Shown: positions 19,804 to 29,198 of the stretch, piece after piece
How the letters are laid out: the number at the start of each line of letters is the position of its first letter
Numbering within the stretch: position 1 is the first letter of the stretch
Assembly: GCA_963663165.1 (NCBI GenBank)
Contig: OY760175.1
Coordinates: 2,688,001 to 2,752,000, forward strand
Direction: 5' to 3'
Origin: an uncultured Desulfospira sp.
GTDB taxonomy: Bacteria > Desulfobacterota > Desulfobacteria > Desulfobacterales > Desulfobacteraceae
Length of the DNA stretch: 64,000 nucleotides
Position numbers and translations under genes: made by a program
Notes under the pieces: generated by a model
Database searches by the model: none
Told to the model about the DNA's origin: nothing
Seen by the model: only the letters and a program-made list of their open reading frames with translations

Positions 19804-21579
19804 ATGAAAAAACGGCCGGGACGTTCCAGGCGGACCGTTCCCGGGTATTCGGGCCTGTTAAGGGAATCCGGGGCCATCGTCAAAACGGATAAACGCCTGA
19901 TCCGGGCGGCCCTGGTGTATCCCAATACTTACCGGGCCGGTATGTCCAGCCTGGGGTTCCAGACGGTTTACCGGCTGGCCAATGACATTGATTTCATTGC
20001 CTGTGAGCGGGTATTCCTGCCGGACAGGTCCCCAAAGGCCGGGAAAGCCCTTGAGATCAAAAGCCAGGAAACCGGTCTGCCCTTAAACCGGTTCGATGTT
20101 ATCCTGTTTTCAATTTCATTTGAAAACGACTTCTTTCACCTTGCTCAAATCCTTGGTGAAACAGGCATCCCCCTGCGGTCATCCGACCGAAACCACATCC
20201 ACCCCCTGGTGGCCGCGGGGGGAGTTTCCTGCCTGCTCAATCCCGAGCCCATTGCGCCGTTTATCGACCTGTTTCTGCTCGGGGACGGCGAACGGCTGCT
20301 CGGCCCTTTTTTTGAACTGTTTGAAGACACCCGGGCGGTTAAAGAAGGCAAAACAACCCTGCTCCACACCGTTGAATCAAAAATTGAGGGCGCCTATGTA
20401 CCCGCCCTTCATGACCCCATTTTGTACCCCCCTTCCCCCCGATCCCCCCTTAAACCGGACAGGTCCGTCCAGGTGCAGAACCTTGCGAATCTTTCCGGGG
20501 TAAAGACCAGAACAGCCGTGTTAAGTTCCGATACCGCCTTTAAAGACATTTTCCTGGTGGAAATCCTGAAAGGATGCCCCCATGGGTGCCGGTTCTGCAC
20601 CGCCGGTTTTATTCTGCGGCCGCCCCGGGTTTATCCGGTTCAGGATGTTATGGATGCCATGGACGAGGCCATGGGCAAAACCCATAAAATCGGCCTGGTC
20701 AGCTCGGCGGTGCTGGACCACCCCGAGATTAAAAAAATCTGCGACCATGGCCGGCAAAAGGGATTATTGCTTTCCTTTTCCTCCCTGCGGGCGGACCGGT
20801 TAGACGATGACATCATTGATCTTCTGGCCGAATCCGGGGTCAAAACCGCCACCATTGCCCCGGAAGCCGGATCTGAGAAAATGCGCCGGATCATCAATAA
20901 AAAACTGACGGCCGGACAGGTTCTTGAGGCGGCCAGGCGTCTGGTGGAAAAAGGGATCTTGAACCTGAGGCTCTATTTTATGATCGGGCTGCCCTTTGAA
21001 ACCGATGAGGATGTAGAGGCCATCGTAGATTTAACCCGGGACATCAAGGCCGTGTTTCTGGAAACCGCAAGAAAAAAGAAAAAAATCGGCACCATCACCT
21101 TAAGCGTCAATCCGTTTATCCCCAAGCCCTGGACCCCGTTTCAATGGTGCGGCATGGCCAAACCGGCCATACTGAAACGCCGGGTGGGCATCCTGTCTGC
21201 CGGGTTAAAAAAAATACCCAATGTCACGCTGCACTTAGAATCTTTAAAACAATCAAGGGTCAATGCCCTGCTGTCCTTGGGTGACCAAAGAACAGCCGGT
21301 ATTCTTGAAACCGCTTTAAAAAAGGGATGGACCCGGGCCATGAATGAAAATAAAGACTACTGCACCACGGTGGTCCATAATGATAAACCGGTTTTTAAAG
21401 AAAATGCCGATTCCCCGGACCCGGCCCTTTTTCCCTGGGATTTTATCCACCATCACGTTTCAAAAGACTTCCTGGCCAAAGAATTTTTACGGGCCAGACA
21501 AGAAAAACAGTCCGTCCCCTGCCCCATGAAGGAGTGTTCGTCATGCGGGCTTTGCACCCACCTGAAACCCTCCCCGTAA
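19804..21579 (+). CDS. Radical SAM protein (B12-binding-like N-terminus, TIGR03960-like)
   Basis: CPHGCRFC (CxxxCxxC), YPNTYRAGMSSLG, APEAGSE, C-terminal CxxxxCxxCGxC. Confidence 0.85.
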   Translation: MKKRPGRSRRTVPGYSGLLRESGAIVKTDKRLIRAALVYPNTYRAGMSSLGFQTVYRLANDIDFIACERVFLPDRSPKAGKALEIKSQETGLPLNRFDVILFSISFENDFFHLAQILGETGIPLRSSDRNHIHPLVAAGGVSCLLNPEPIAPFIDLFLLGDGERLLGPFFELFEDTRAVKEGKTTLLHTVESKIEGAYVPALHDPILYPPSPRSPLKPDRSVQVQNLANLSGVKTRTAVLSSDTAFKDIFLVEILKGCPHGCRFCTAGFILRPPRVYPVQDVMDAMDEAMGKTHKIGLVSSAVLDHPEIKKICDHGRQKGLLLSFSSLRADRLDDDIIDLLAESGVKTATIAPEAGSEKMRRIINKKLTAGQVLEAARRLVEKGILNLRLYFMIGLPFETDEDVEAIVDLTRDIKAVFLETARKKKKIGTITLSVNPFIPKPWTPFQWCGMAKPAILKRRVGILSAGLKKIPNVTLHLESLKQSRVNALLSLGDQRTAGILETALKKGWTRAMNENKDYCTTVVHNDKPVFKENADSPDPALFPWDFIHHHVSKDFLAKEFLRARQEKQSVPCPMKECSSCGLCTHLKPSP

Positions 21580-21853
21580 CAGATAAGCCGACCCCCTGCC
21601 CCAAGCCCCACAATTTTAAAATTTTCCTTGTTTATCTTGAGGATTAATTCTATAAGATACTGACAAATTTTTCCAAGAAAGCGGGGGTGATTCAAAGGCC
21701 CCTGCCCTGGAAAAGGTGACAATTAAAAATAAATGGGCAGGCTTTGGGACTTGGACCTGGCCTTATGCCCGGATGATACGTTAAACCCCAAAATACCCGG
21801 TGATCCCGGGAGTATTTTTTAAACCCTAACTGACACAAACTTTAGGAGGTTTT

Positions 21854-22774
21854 ATGTCGACTTTGGTATTTGGCCACAAAAACCCGGATACGGACTCCGT
21901 TTGCGCCGCTGTTGCGCTGGCAGACCTTAAGAAAAAACTCGGGGAAGATATCGCCCCTGCCGTCCAGGGAGAACTCAACCCTGAATCCAATTTTGTTCTG
22001 GGGAAATTCGGCGTTGCCGCCCCTGCCGTTGTGACTTCATACGCCGGCAAAGACGTTTACCTGGTAGACCATTCCGACCTGGCCCAGAGCCCTGATGACC
22101 TGGGGGATGCCAACATCCTGGGCATTGTTGACCACCACAAACTCGGCGACGTCACCACCGGTCAGCCCCTGGAATGCTGGATCTGGCCGGTTGGCTGTAC
22201 CTGTACCGTGATCGCATCCATGTATGACTACTTTGGCATTGAAATTCCCAAAGACATCGCCGGCATCATGCTGTGCGCCATTCTTTCCGACACCGTTATT
22301 TTCAAATCCGCCACCTGCACCGACAAGGACAAAGAAGTCTGCGCCAAACTGTCCGAAATCTGTGGTGAAAGCGATCTTGACGCCCTGGGCATTGAAATGT
22401 TCAAGGTTAAATCCGCTGTTGAAGGCACCCCCATCCGTGACCTGGTCATGAGGGACTACAAAGACTTCAACATGAGCGGTTCCGGCATTGGCTGCGGCCA
22501 GCTCGAACTGGTTGACCTGTCCATCGTTGACGGCATCAAGGCCGACCTTGAAAAAGACATCCGCGATCTCAAGGCTGAAAAAGGACATCACACCGTTCTG
22601 CTCATGCTCACCGACATCATGAAAGAAGGCACCGAACTTCTGGTCGCCTCTGACGACGAAAGTGTTGTGGAAAAAGCCTTTGGTGAAAAACCCGTTGACG
22701 GCAAATGCTGGCTGCCCGGCATCATGAGCCGTAAAAAACAAATCATCCCGTTTCTTGAAAAAGTATTTGGATAG
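21854..22774 (+). CDS. ppaC: Mn-dependent (family II, DHH) inorganic pyrophosphatase
   Basis: GHKNPDTDS, VDHH, SDT, SRKKQ. Confidence 0.95.
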   Translation: MSTLVFGHKNPDTDSVCAAVALADLKKKLGEDIAPAVQGELNPESNFVLGKFGVAAPAVVTSYAGKDVYLVDHSDLAQSPDDLGDANILGIVDHHKLGDVTTGQPLECWIWPVGCTCTVIASMYDYFGIEIPKDIAGIMLCAILSDTVIFKSATCTDKDKEVCAKLSEICGESDLDALGIEMFKVKSAVEGTPIRDLVMRDYKDFNMSGSGIGCGQLELVDLSIVDGIKADLEKDIRDLKAEKGHHTVLLMLTDIMKEGTELLVASDDESVVEKAFGEKPVDGKCWLPGIMSRKKQIIPFLEKVFG

Positions 22775-22796
22775 ACTGTAAATAAAGGGCTTTTGG
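22717..22796. repeat. attL: 80-bp copy of the ppaC 3' end
   Basis: Matches 41111-41190 except one base (22741 A vs 41135 G). Confidence 0.95.
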
Positions 22797-22818
22797 CGTT
22801 TCACCAAAAGCCCTTTTT
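22783..22818 (+). terminator. Rho-independent terminator after ppaC
   Basis: AAAGGGCTTTTGG-CGTTTCA-CCAAAAGCCCTTT followed by T residues. Confidence 0.85.
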
Positions 22819-23166
22819 ATTTCCTAAGCAATCCATCCCCCACACTATCCCCCACACCCAAGGACATTTTGATTCTTCCCGCAATACATCGCCCCCTGTT
22901 CCCGGAATGATTTTTAATCCCCCCCGCCTGCGGGCAATTAGCCCCTGACAAGACAATAAAAGATATCATCCAATCCCTGGTGCGCATGCGTACTTTGCTG
23001 CGTACAAAATCCAGCAATCCCGATTGACACCCCGCCTTTTATGGCTTTTGTGGGGTATGAATGTAAAAAGCGAGAAGGGTAAACAAACTACCCCAGGCAA
23101 GGGTAATTAGCCTGTCAGGGGATAATAAAGGGCGTGCTGTAGTTGCCCCCCTTCCGGGTCCGGCCT

Positions 23167-23424
23167 CTAAGACTCTTCCAGTCTTTTTCGTGATGGCGGG
23201 GGATACTCCTTCCTGTGTTGATCCAGAAAGTTGGGGTTTTCGATTTTGTCCAAAACCCCATAGGGCAATGCATGCTCCTTCCTGAGTCGATCCAGAAAGG
23301 CTTGATAGCATTTGTGCCGCATCGGACACGTTTCGAACGGTTCTTCTTGGGACTCTGATTTCTCCCGTTTCCCGTAGGGCGATTCGTGCAAATCTGGGAA
23401 TAGGTGCTCGTGTCTATGTTCCAC
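23167..23424 (-). CDS. Hypothetical protein
   Basis: GTG start preceded by AAGGAG; internal FLD..RKE repeat. Confidence 0.45.
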   Translation of the reverse strand: MEHRHEHLFPDLHESPYGKREKSESQEEPFETCPMRHKCYQAFLDRLRKEHALPYGVLDKIENPNFLDQHRKEYPPPSRKRLEES

Positions 23425-23467
23425 TTTGGGCTACTCCTTTGACAGGTCAATAACTGGTATGGAAGTT

Positions 23468-23890
23468 TTAAATGTAGAGTAGCCCGTCAAAGAAATCAAT
23501 TACCTTCGCAACCTCTTTGATAAAAGCGTCATAGGCGTCAGCAAAAGACGGGGACATTTTTACATCCGATATGATAGGGTTCTCCGGTTCCGGCCTTTTT
23601 TTTTCTCTGCTCGCTGGTGGGCCACCTTGATGGAATTTTCTTTCAGGCCGGTTTCTTTTGCCACCTCTTTCCTGGCCTGTTTCTTTGACATGCCGTCCTG
23701 CACCTTTTCTTCCACCATGGCCGGTGTCTCTTTGGGGGTTATTTCTGTACCCCCTTGTACCCCGCCCTCACCCCCCCCCCCCGCCGTTGTTGGGTTTTGG
23801 GGATTACTGACATTTGTCAGTGCCTCTCTTTCCTCTTTCTGTGCCCGGTAAAATTTTCTTTCAACAGTGCCTTCTGAACTGCTTTCGGAA
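23468..23890 (-). pseudogene. Possible frameshifted remnant of a K/E-rich DNA-binding protein
   Basis: Long open frame (…DGMSKKQARKEVAKETGLKENSIK…) with no clear start, a C12 run at 23771-23782, and an apparent frameshift in the T run near 23596-23603. Confidence 0.3.
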
Positions 23891-24037
23891 TTTCAGGTTT
23901 TCTCAGGTTTTTTATCATGACCTGGGCTGTAGTTTTCTGTAGGGGTAGATATAAAAAAGCCCCCGGCAGAAAGTACCACCAGGGGCTTGGACGTGTTAAG
24001 AATTGTTTAGGTTTATCCAGTCCTAATCATCCTGCAG

Positions 24038-24193
24038 TTACGCCCCAATCCGTTTGTAAAGGACACGCTCAAGGGCTTCCTTGACAACCTGGGCCATTTC
24101 GGGGTCAAGATCCAGGTTGCCGAATGCCGTATGGATATGCTCCATTGACGGCGTTTGTTTTGCCAGGGCATAGCCCATTGCGTTTTCATCCAT
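24038..24193 (-). CDS. Small hypothetical protein (51 aa, MDENAMGYAL…)
   Basis: ATG at 24193 overlaps the end of the upstream gene; GGGAGG RBS. Confidence 0.5.
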   Translation of the reverse strand: MDENAMGYALAKQTPSMEHIHTAFGNLDLDPEMAQVVKEALERVLYKRIGA

Positions 24194-24416
24194 GGTTTGC
24201 CCTCCCTTTATCCGGAAACGGAATCACATTATCAGGCAAAGCACTGGTTTTTTTCCTGCGGCATTCTTCTGCCCACGCTTTAAGCTCTTCCTTACGCTCC
24301 CTTATGGAGTCTGCAATTCTTGTAAGGGTTGCAAGTGTTTCCTTATCAACGCCCTTTCCAGAACGGCGTTCAAATTCGCGCCAGTCATCGTCCAGGCTGC
24401 TGTGTTTATCTTTCAT
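24186..24416 (-). CDS. Hypothetical protein
   Basis: ATGA-coupled; phage-typical C-terminus 'DNVIPFP…ANHG'. Confidence 0.6.
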   Translation of the reverse strand: MKDKHSSLDDDWREFERRSGKGVDKETLATLTRIADSIRERKEELKAWAEECRRKKTSALPDNVIPFPDKGRANHG

Positions 24417-24748
24417 TTGACCACCCCCTGTTCATCATCGGCAAGGATCTTGGCAATATCAGACCGGCTTACAGGGTTGACGGATTCAGACAAAGCCGCC
24501 AAGGCCGCCCGGAGTTCACTATGCCGTTGTTTTGTCGCCGCCAGGTCATCAGACATCTTGTTATAGGCCTGCTCGATCTCATAGCCGATTTCACCCAAAA
24601 TATTTGAAATGCCAAGCATGGAAAAGGCATCCAATTCCTGGGCTGAATTATCATCTTGAGCGATACAAAAGATCATCTGGCGAATGCTTTGCAAGTTCAT
24701 CAGTCCTTGTGTGGCATCTGGTTTGTAACCTCCGCTAAAAATTGCCAT
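24413..24748 (-). CDS. Hypothetical protein
   Basis: AGGAGGTG RBS; coupled to the next gene. Confidence 0.6.
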   Translation of the reverse strand: MAIFSGGYKPDATQGLMNLQSIRQMIFCIAQDDNSAQELDAFSMLGISNILGEIGYEIEQAYNKMSDDLAATKQRHSELRAALAALSESVNPVSRSDIAKILADDEQGVVK

Positions 24749-24767
24749 GGTTCACCTCCTTGTCTGC

Positions 24768-26727
24768 CAGGAGTTTCGGAGATAAGCCTCTCGGGATTGC
24801 TGAACGCCTTTATTGATAAGCCTTTTCGGCTCTGTCTTTTGTAGTACCCCTCAAATCAAGCCGCCTTCTATGTTAAAAACCCTGTCAAATAGGGCTTTCT
24901 ATTATTTTTCTCTTGACTTATAAGACCCTACCATATACTATGAATCATGGCACATTTCCACATTAAGAAGAAAAAAGGAAGACCCTACCTTTATGTGAGG
25001 GAGATCGCTCGGGTAAACGGCAAACCCAAGGTCATTTCTCAAACCTATATTGGGTCACCGGATCGGGTAGCGGGCCTTGTGAAGGGACAGTCCCAGGAAA
25101 TAACAACCTTGAGGGCTGAAGAATTCGGTGCGCTGTGGCTGGCCCAGCAAGCAGATAAAGACTTTGATCTTTGCTCTTTGATTGATGAGATTATTCCACC
25201 TGCAGATCGAGAAAAAGGACCTACAATAGGGGAATATTTCCTTTATTGTGTCTGGAATCGCATGATTGAGACCGCCAGTAAAAACAAATTGTCGGATTGG
25301 TATAAGAGAACCGCGATCCAGCATATACGCCCTGTCGATCTAAACGAACTCTCATGCAAACGATACTGGGACAAATGGGACCGGGTTGATGAAAAAAACT
25401 TAAACGCTATCATATCCAAGTTCTTTGAACGATTATGGCAGGTCGAAAACCCTTCTTCTGATTGCCTGCTATTTGACACCACTAATTATTATACCTTCAT
25501 GGGAAGCCAAACCGAGTCAGAAATAGCGCGCAGGGGTAAAAACAAGGAAGGGAGGCATCATCTCAGACAGATCGGCCTTGGCCTTCTGGTTGCACGAGAC
25601 ACCAGGCTCCCTTTATTTTATTCGATTTATCCAGGCAACATTCATGATAGCAAACACTTTGAAGCGGTCATGGAGGCAATGTTTGGGGTAGTATGCGCCC
25701 TGAACAAGACCAAAGAGCGGCTTACAATTGTTATTGACAAGGGAATGAATTCAGAAGGGAATTATACCTGGATTGACGAGCATTCCAGGGTCCATTTTAT
25801 TACGACATATTCCACTTATTTTGCCCAGGAACTTGCCACCATCCCACTCGACCAGTTTGAAATTGCAGATACTGCCCGAAACAGAAGGTTGATTGATGAA
25901 GAATGCCAGGATGAGTGTCAATTGGCACATCGGACCAAAAAAGAATACTGGGGCAAGGAGCGGGCAGTTATCATAACTTATAACCCCAGAACAGCCCGAA
26001 AGAAATCATACACCTTTGAAAGCAAGCTTGATACGATCCGACAGGAACTGCTCTTAATGAGGGCCAAGGTGAAAGAAGGGGCCGTTCACTGGAAAAAAGC
26101 CGAGGACATACAAGCCAGATATATCCGGTTGTGTCAAAGGCTTCACATGGCCTCCGATTTATTTACTCTGAATTTTGAAACCTCAGAAGATGGCTTGAAT
26201 ATGAGCTTCCGAAAAGATCCATACATAGTGAAGCAAAAAAAAATGATGTTCGGTAAAAATATTATCATCACAGATAATACGGATTGGGCAACAAGAGACA
26301 TTATTGAAGCGAGTTTAGACCGCTGGCAAGTTGAAGACCGCTTCCGTCTCAGTAAGAATGAGGACTTAGTCGGTGTGCAGCCGATCCGGCACTGGACTGA
26401 CAGCAAAATCAAATGCCATTTATTTACATGTGTGGCAGCCATGGTTTACCTGCGCCGAATTGAATTAAAACTAAAGAACTCCGGAATTGAACGGACAGCA
26501 GAGGACGTCATGGATGATATGAAGCATCTACATTCCATTTTGACGTTGCCGAAAGGTGCAAGAAAACCGACCAGGCGCCTTGAGACGCCGAGTAAGACCC
26601 AGGCCGAAGTCCTATCGGCCTTTGGCTATCATGTTAATGAAGGTGGGGCCTTACAGTCAGAAAATTGAGTTACGCCCGCCAAGCAAGGCTTTCGCCGAGC
26701 CATGCCCTCTTAACCACGAAACTCCTG
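24768..26727 (+). mobile_element. IS1634-family insertion sequence
   Basis: IRs CAGGAGTTTCG / CGAAACTCCTG; 5-bp TSD TCTGC (24763-24767, 26728-26732). Confidence 0.85.
24947..26668 (+). CDS. IS1634-family DDE transposase
   Basis: N-terminal KKKGRPYLY…GKPKV, FDTTN, IDKG, W.VEDRFR..K, IRHW. Confidence 0.88.
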   Translation: MAHFHIKKKKGRPYLYVREIARVNGKPKVISQTYIGSPDRVAGLVKGQSQEITTLRAEEFGALWLAQQADKDFDLCSLIDEIIPPADREKGPTIGEYFLYCVWNRMIETASKNKLSDWYKRTAIQHIRPVDLNELSCKRYWDKWDRVDEKNLNAIISKFFERLWQVENPSSDCLLFDTTNYYTFMGSQTESEIARRGKNKEGRHHLRQIGLGLLVARDTRLPLFYSIYPGNIHDSKHFEAVMEAMFGVVCALNKTKERLTIVIDKGMNSEGNYTWIDEHSRVHFITTYSTYFAQELATIPLDQFEIADTARNRRLIDEECQDECQLAHRTKKEYWGKERAVIITYNPRTARKKSYTFESKLDTIRQELLLMRAKVKEGAVHWKKAEDIQARYIRLCQRLHMASDLFTLNFETSEDGLNMSFRKDPYIVKQKKMMFGKNIIITDNTDWATRDIIEASLDRWQVEDRFRLSKNEDLVGVQPIRHWTDSKIKCHLFTCVAAMVYLRRIELKLKNSGIERTAEDVMDDMKHLHSILTLPKGARKPTRRLETPSKTQAEVLSAFGYHVNEGGALQSEN

Positions 26728-26732
26728 TCTGC

Positions 26733-26909
26733 CAGGCAAGAAAGAACGGCACGGACCTTGTCAAACAGCCGGTCTACATGATTGCTTTCCTGCCAGGTCA
26801 TGGCCGGGTTAAGCTTTTTAGATTCGGGGATGTGAGCCTGCATGAATGACAGCAGGGTTCGGGCTTCGGTTGGGGTGATTTGAGATAGGGCTTGTTGTTC
26901 GTGTTCCAT
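26733..26909 (-). pseudogene. Small ORF downstream of the C4-like RNA, 3' end displaced by IS1634
   Basis: Removing the IS restores …LSCLADKEVNHGNF*, which overlaps the next gene's RBS and start. Confidence 0.6.
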
Positions 26910-26965
26910 TGTTGGGCCTCCAAGGTACTTTGGTTAGGCCCTTTCTGTCCTGCTAAAAACAAAAA

Positions 26966-27033
26966 GGGCAACATGAGGGTTAGCAGACCGGCACCTTGGG
27001 AACCGGCAGCCCGAAGGCTCCCCCATGCTGCCC
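26966..27033 (-). ncRNA. C4-type antisense RNA (P1/P7 c4-like)
   Basis: Closing stem GGGCAGCATG…CATGTTGCCC, AGCC-UUCG-GGCT hairpin, single-stranded CCAAGGT and CTGCTAA complementary to flanking duplicated targets. Confidence 0.75.
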
Positions 27034-27146
27034 AATAGCATACGCATGGAATACAAAAAAAGCGTTCACATGAAATGCAGACGCCTCTTTGCGTCCAAGG
27101 TTTCCCGGCTGCTAATCCGGTACTCCTGAATTTGCAGGAGTGATTT

Positions 27147-27215
27147 ACATTAGGCTGGTATGGGGCGGGCTGTCAAGAAAAAGATTTTGACAACGCAGTC
27201 TCCTGCCAGTATTCT
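27147..27215. promoter_or_regulatory. Back-to-back sigma70-type promoters
   Basis: Plus strand TTGACA(27187)-17 bp-TATTCT. Minus strand TTGACA(27176)-18 bp-TAATGT, facing the C4 locus. Confidence 0.6.
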
Positions 27216-27330
27216 TTTTACTGAGCCACAACCACCTTTTGACGGTTAACGGAGTCAACTGGTGCGTAGCCCTGGGGGTTGTAAGATTCCCCCTTGGCAT
27301 CGGCCTTACCTTAATTCAGAGGATTTATTC

Positions 27331-27567
27331 ATGGGCAAAATCAAACCGTTTGAAGAAAGGCTGGCTGAATGGGAGAGCTGGCCTGAAGGTCCTCGATCCA
27401 TGTTGCATAAGCCTGTTAAAGGAGAATACCGAAAGCTCCGTAAAGAGATTTTCAAAAGAGTGAAAGACCTTGGCTTGAATGATCTGAACGAAATTTTATA
27501 TGTTCTCAAAGAAATGAAAAGCGGGGAATACCGGTACCCGCATTATCGTCACACCACCATACGCTAA
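27331..27567 (+). CDS. Hypothetical basic protein, divergent from the rest of the element
   Basis: ATG 27331 with AGAGGA RBS, downstream of the plus-strand promoter. Confidence 0.55.
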   Translation: MGKIKPFEERLAEWESWPEGPRSMLHKPVKGEYRKLRKEIFKRVKDLGLNDLNEILYVLKEMKSGEYRYPHYRHTTIR

Positions 27568-27575
27568 GGATGGCA

Positions 27576-27863
27576 TCAAGAATATTTTTCAATCAGATGC
27601 TGGGCATCCTCCTTGGTCATCCTATAAGGAAAGCCGGGGTAATCCTCCCTGATTATTTTAACCCGCTTCGATATAAAAATAACCTGGGAGGGATCGCACA
27701 ACCCAAACCTTGCTCGGCACATGGTCAGGATGTATTCTCGCTCCCGGACCCTGGCCTGTTCACCACTGAGCCGGGTGATAACAGTCCGGGAATGGTCGTG
27801 TGAATGCTCAATCTCAATGGCTTTTTCCAGTCGATCCAGCCTGTTTGATAATTGCTTTGACAT
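27576..27863 (-). CDS. Hypothetical protein (MSKQLSNRLDRLEK…)
   Basis: Follows the TerS-like gene by 4 bp; 'RL.RLE' N-terminus. Confidence 0.55.
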   Translation of the reverse strand: MSKQLSNRLDRLEKAIEIEHSHDHSRTVITRLSGEQARVREREYILTMCRARFGLCDPSQVIFISKRVKIIREDYPGFPYRMTKEDAQHLIEKYS

Positions 27864-27867
27864 AAGT

Positions 27868-28260
27868 TCATCTCTTGATTGAAAATTTAAGTTCCAGCGT
27901 TGCAATCCTTGATTCGATATCCTCAAGCTCGACAGCCTTCAGAGCCCCGTCAAGAATCGCCTTTGCTGCTGTTACTCTGGCAGATGCCGGCGCTTCCTTA
28001 TCTCGACAAATTTCAGCCAATGCCCGGGCAGCGTCACCGGTTGTTTGCTGAAGCCTAAGGATTGCCCTGTTGACCAGTTGCCGCTTTGCATTTTTAAGCT
28101 CTTGATCGAAAATCGGATCTCTCAGGTACCGGTACATGGTGGTTTTGGAGACACCGGCAGCTTTGCAGGCGCCCTCAACAGTATCGCAACTTACCAGGGC
28201 CTCCACAGCCTTGGCTTGCTTACCCTTTAATGGGGCGGTTTTCGTTTTGTTTTGATTCAT
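27868..28260 (-). CDS. HTH protein resembling a small terminase subunit (phBC6A51-like)
   Basis: KQAKAVEAL…ACKAAGVSKTTMYRYL.DP.F, then ARV.AAK.ILD. Confidence 0.65.
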   Translation of the reverse strand: MNQNKTKTAPLKGKQAKAVEALVSCDTVEGACKAAGVSKTTMYRYLRDPIFDQELKNAKRQLVNRAILRLQQTTGDAARALAEICRDKEAPASARVTAAKAILDGALKAVELEDIESRIATLELKFSIKR

Positions 28261-28743
28261 TACATCTGCCTTTCAATATTCATTTTTCATGGCACTCCGA
28301 ACTGTAGTTATCTGTAGGAGCAAACGCACCCGGGAAGGCCCCGCAAAGCACAGCTCCACGGGGCAAATACCTCTAATAATGGACCGTACCTGTAGCATTA
28401 TTCTCGATCAACCACGGGGCCGATTGATTATACAGTTTCTGGTTCGATGATTGCGCCATCATGCAACCGCTGAGTATGCGGATTCACTGCGTCTGCTCCA
28501 CACCCCGGGCAGGTCAGGCTACTTCCTTCCCAGTCCGGCCCCCACTCTTCCCATGAACGGGCTTTAAATTTCGGCAGGAGCTTGAACATATTGCCCCGGG
28601 GCTTCTGGTCCGCGCTGAACTCTCTTGTCAGAGAATAAAAAACCTCCCCGCAATTATGGCATTTATGTTGCGACTTTTTTTTGTAGCGAGATTTTCTTCT
28701 ATAAAAAGTTCTAAATGAGTTATTTTCTTTGGATATAGTTTTT

Positions 28744-29169
28744 CTACTTTGCTTCTTCCCTATATTTCTTTGCTTTTAAAAGGAAGCGTTCAACAGTTTC
28801 CGGATCAAAACCCGGCATTGTCCGGGCAAAATCTGCGGCTTTTTGATAGTATTCTCCCGCTTCATGCTTTTTTCCCTGAGCTTCATAGACCTGTCCCAAC
28901 CTGTGAAAGCCGTCAATCTGATTTGGATATTCATGCAATAATCTCTTTGATACAGCTTCTGCCTCGTCGAATTTGTTTTCATCGATCAGATCAATCACAC
29001 TGTTTGAAAGCAGATCCAATTCCGTGTAAACTGGTGTAAACCCGGCAGGATAGGGCTTGGGTTGAGTTCCCGCTGACTGCAACGACAAACAACACTTCTT
29101 ATATTTCTTACCGCTGCCGCAAGGGCATGGTGTATTGCGACCGATCTTTGCCATGGGAAAATGTTTCAT
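28744..29169 (-). CDS. SEC-C motif / TPR-like protein
   Basis: [18 protein letters not shown], then TPR-like helices ([10 protein letters not shown]…A.EYYQKA). Confidence 0.85.
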   Translation of the reverse strand: MKHFPMAKIGRNTPCPCGSGKKYKKCCLSLQSAGTQPKPYPAGFTPVYTELDLLSNSVIDLIDENKFDEAEAVSKRLLHEYPNQIDGFHRLGQVYEAQGKKHEAGEYYQKAADFARTMPGFDPETVERFLLKAKKYREEAK

Positions 29170-29198
29170 ATTTTGAATTTTAACGCAAGGTTAAAGTC

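Noticed and set aside
21680..21850. Possible fluoride riboswitch upstream of ppaC
   Set aside because: Short hairpins exist, but I could not find the GATGG…TGATG pseudoknot consensus.
22037..22807. 256-aa ORF antisense to ppaC, and similar shadow ORFs over the dcw and mut genes
   Set aside because: Explained by codon bias of the well-supported opposite-strand genes; no motifs.
23771..23782. C12 tract as a phase-variation switch
   Set aside because: It lies in a remnant frame with no clear start and another apparent frameshift, and may be a homopolymer sequencing artefact.
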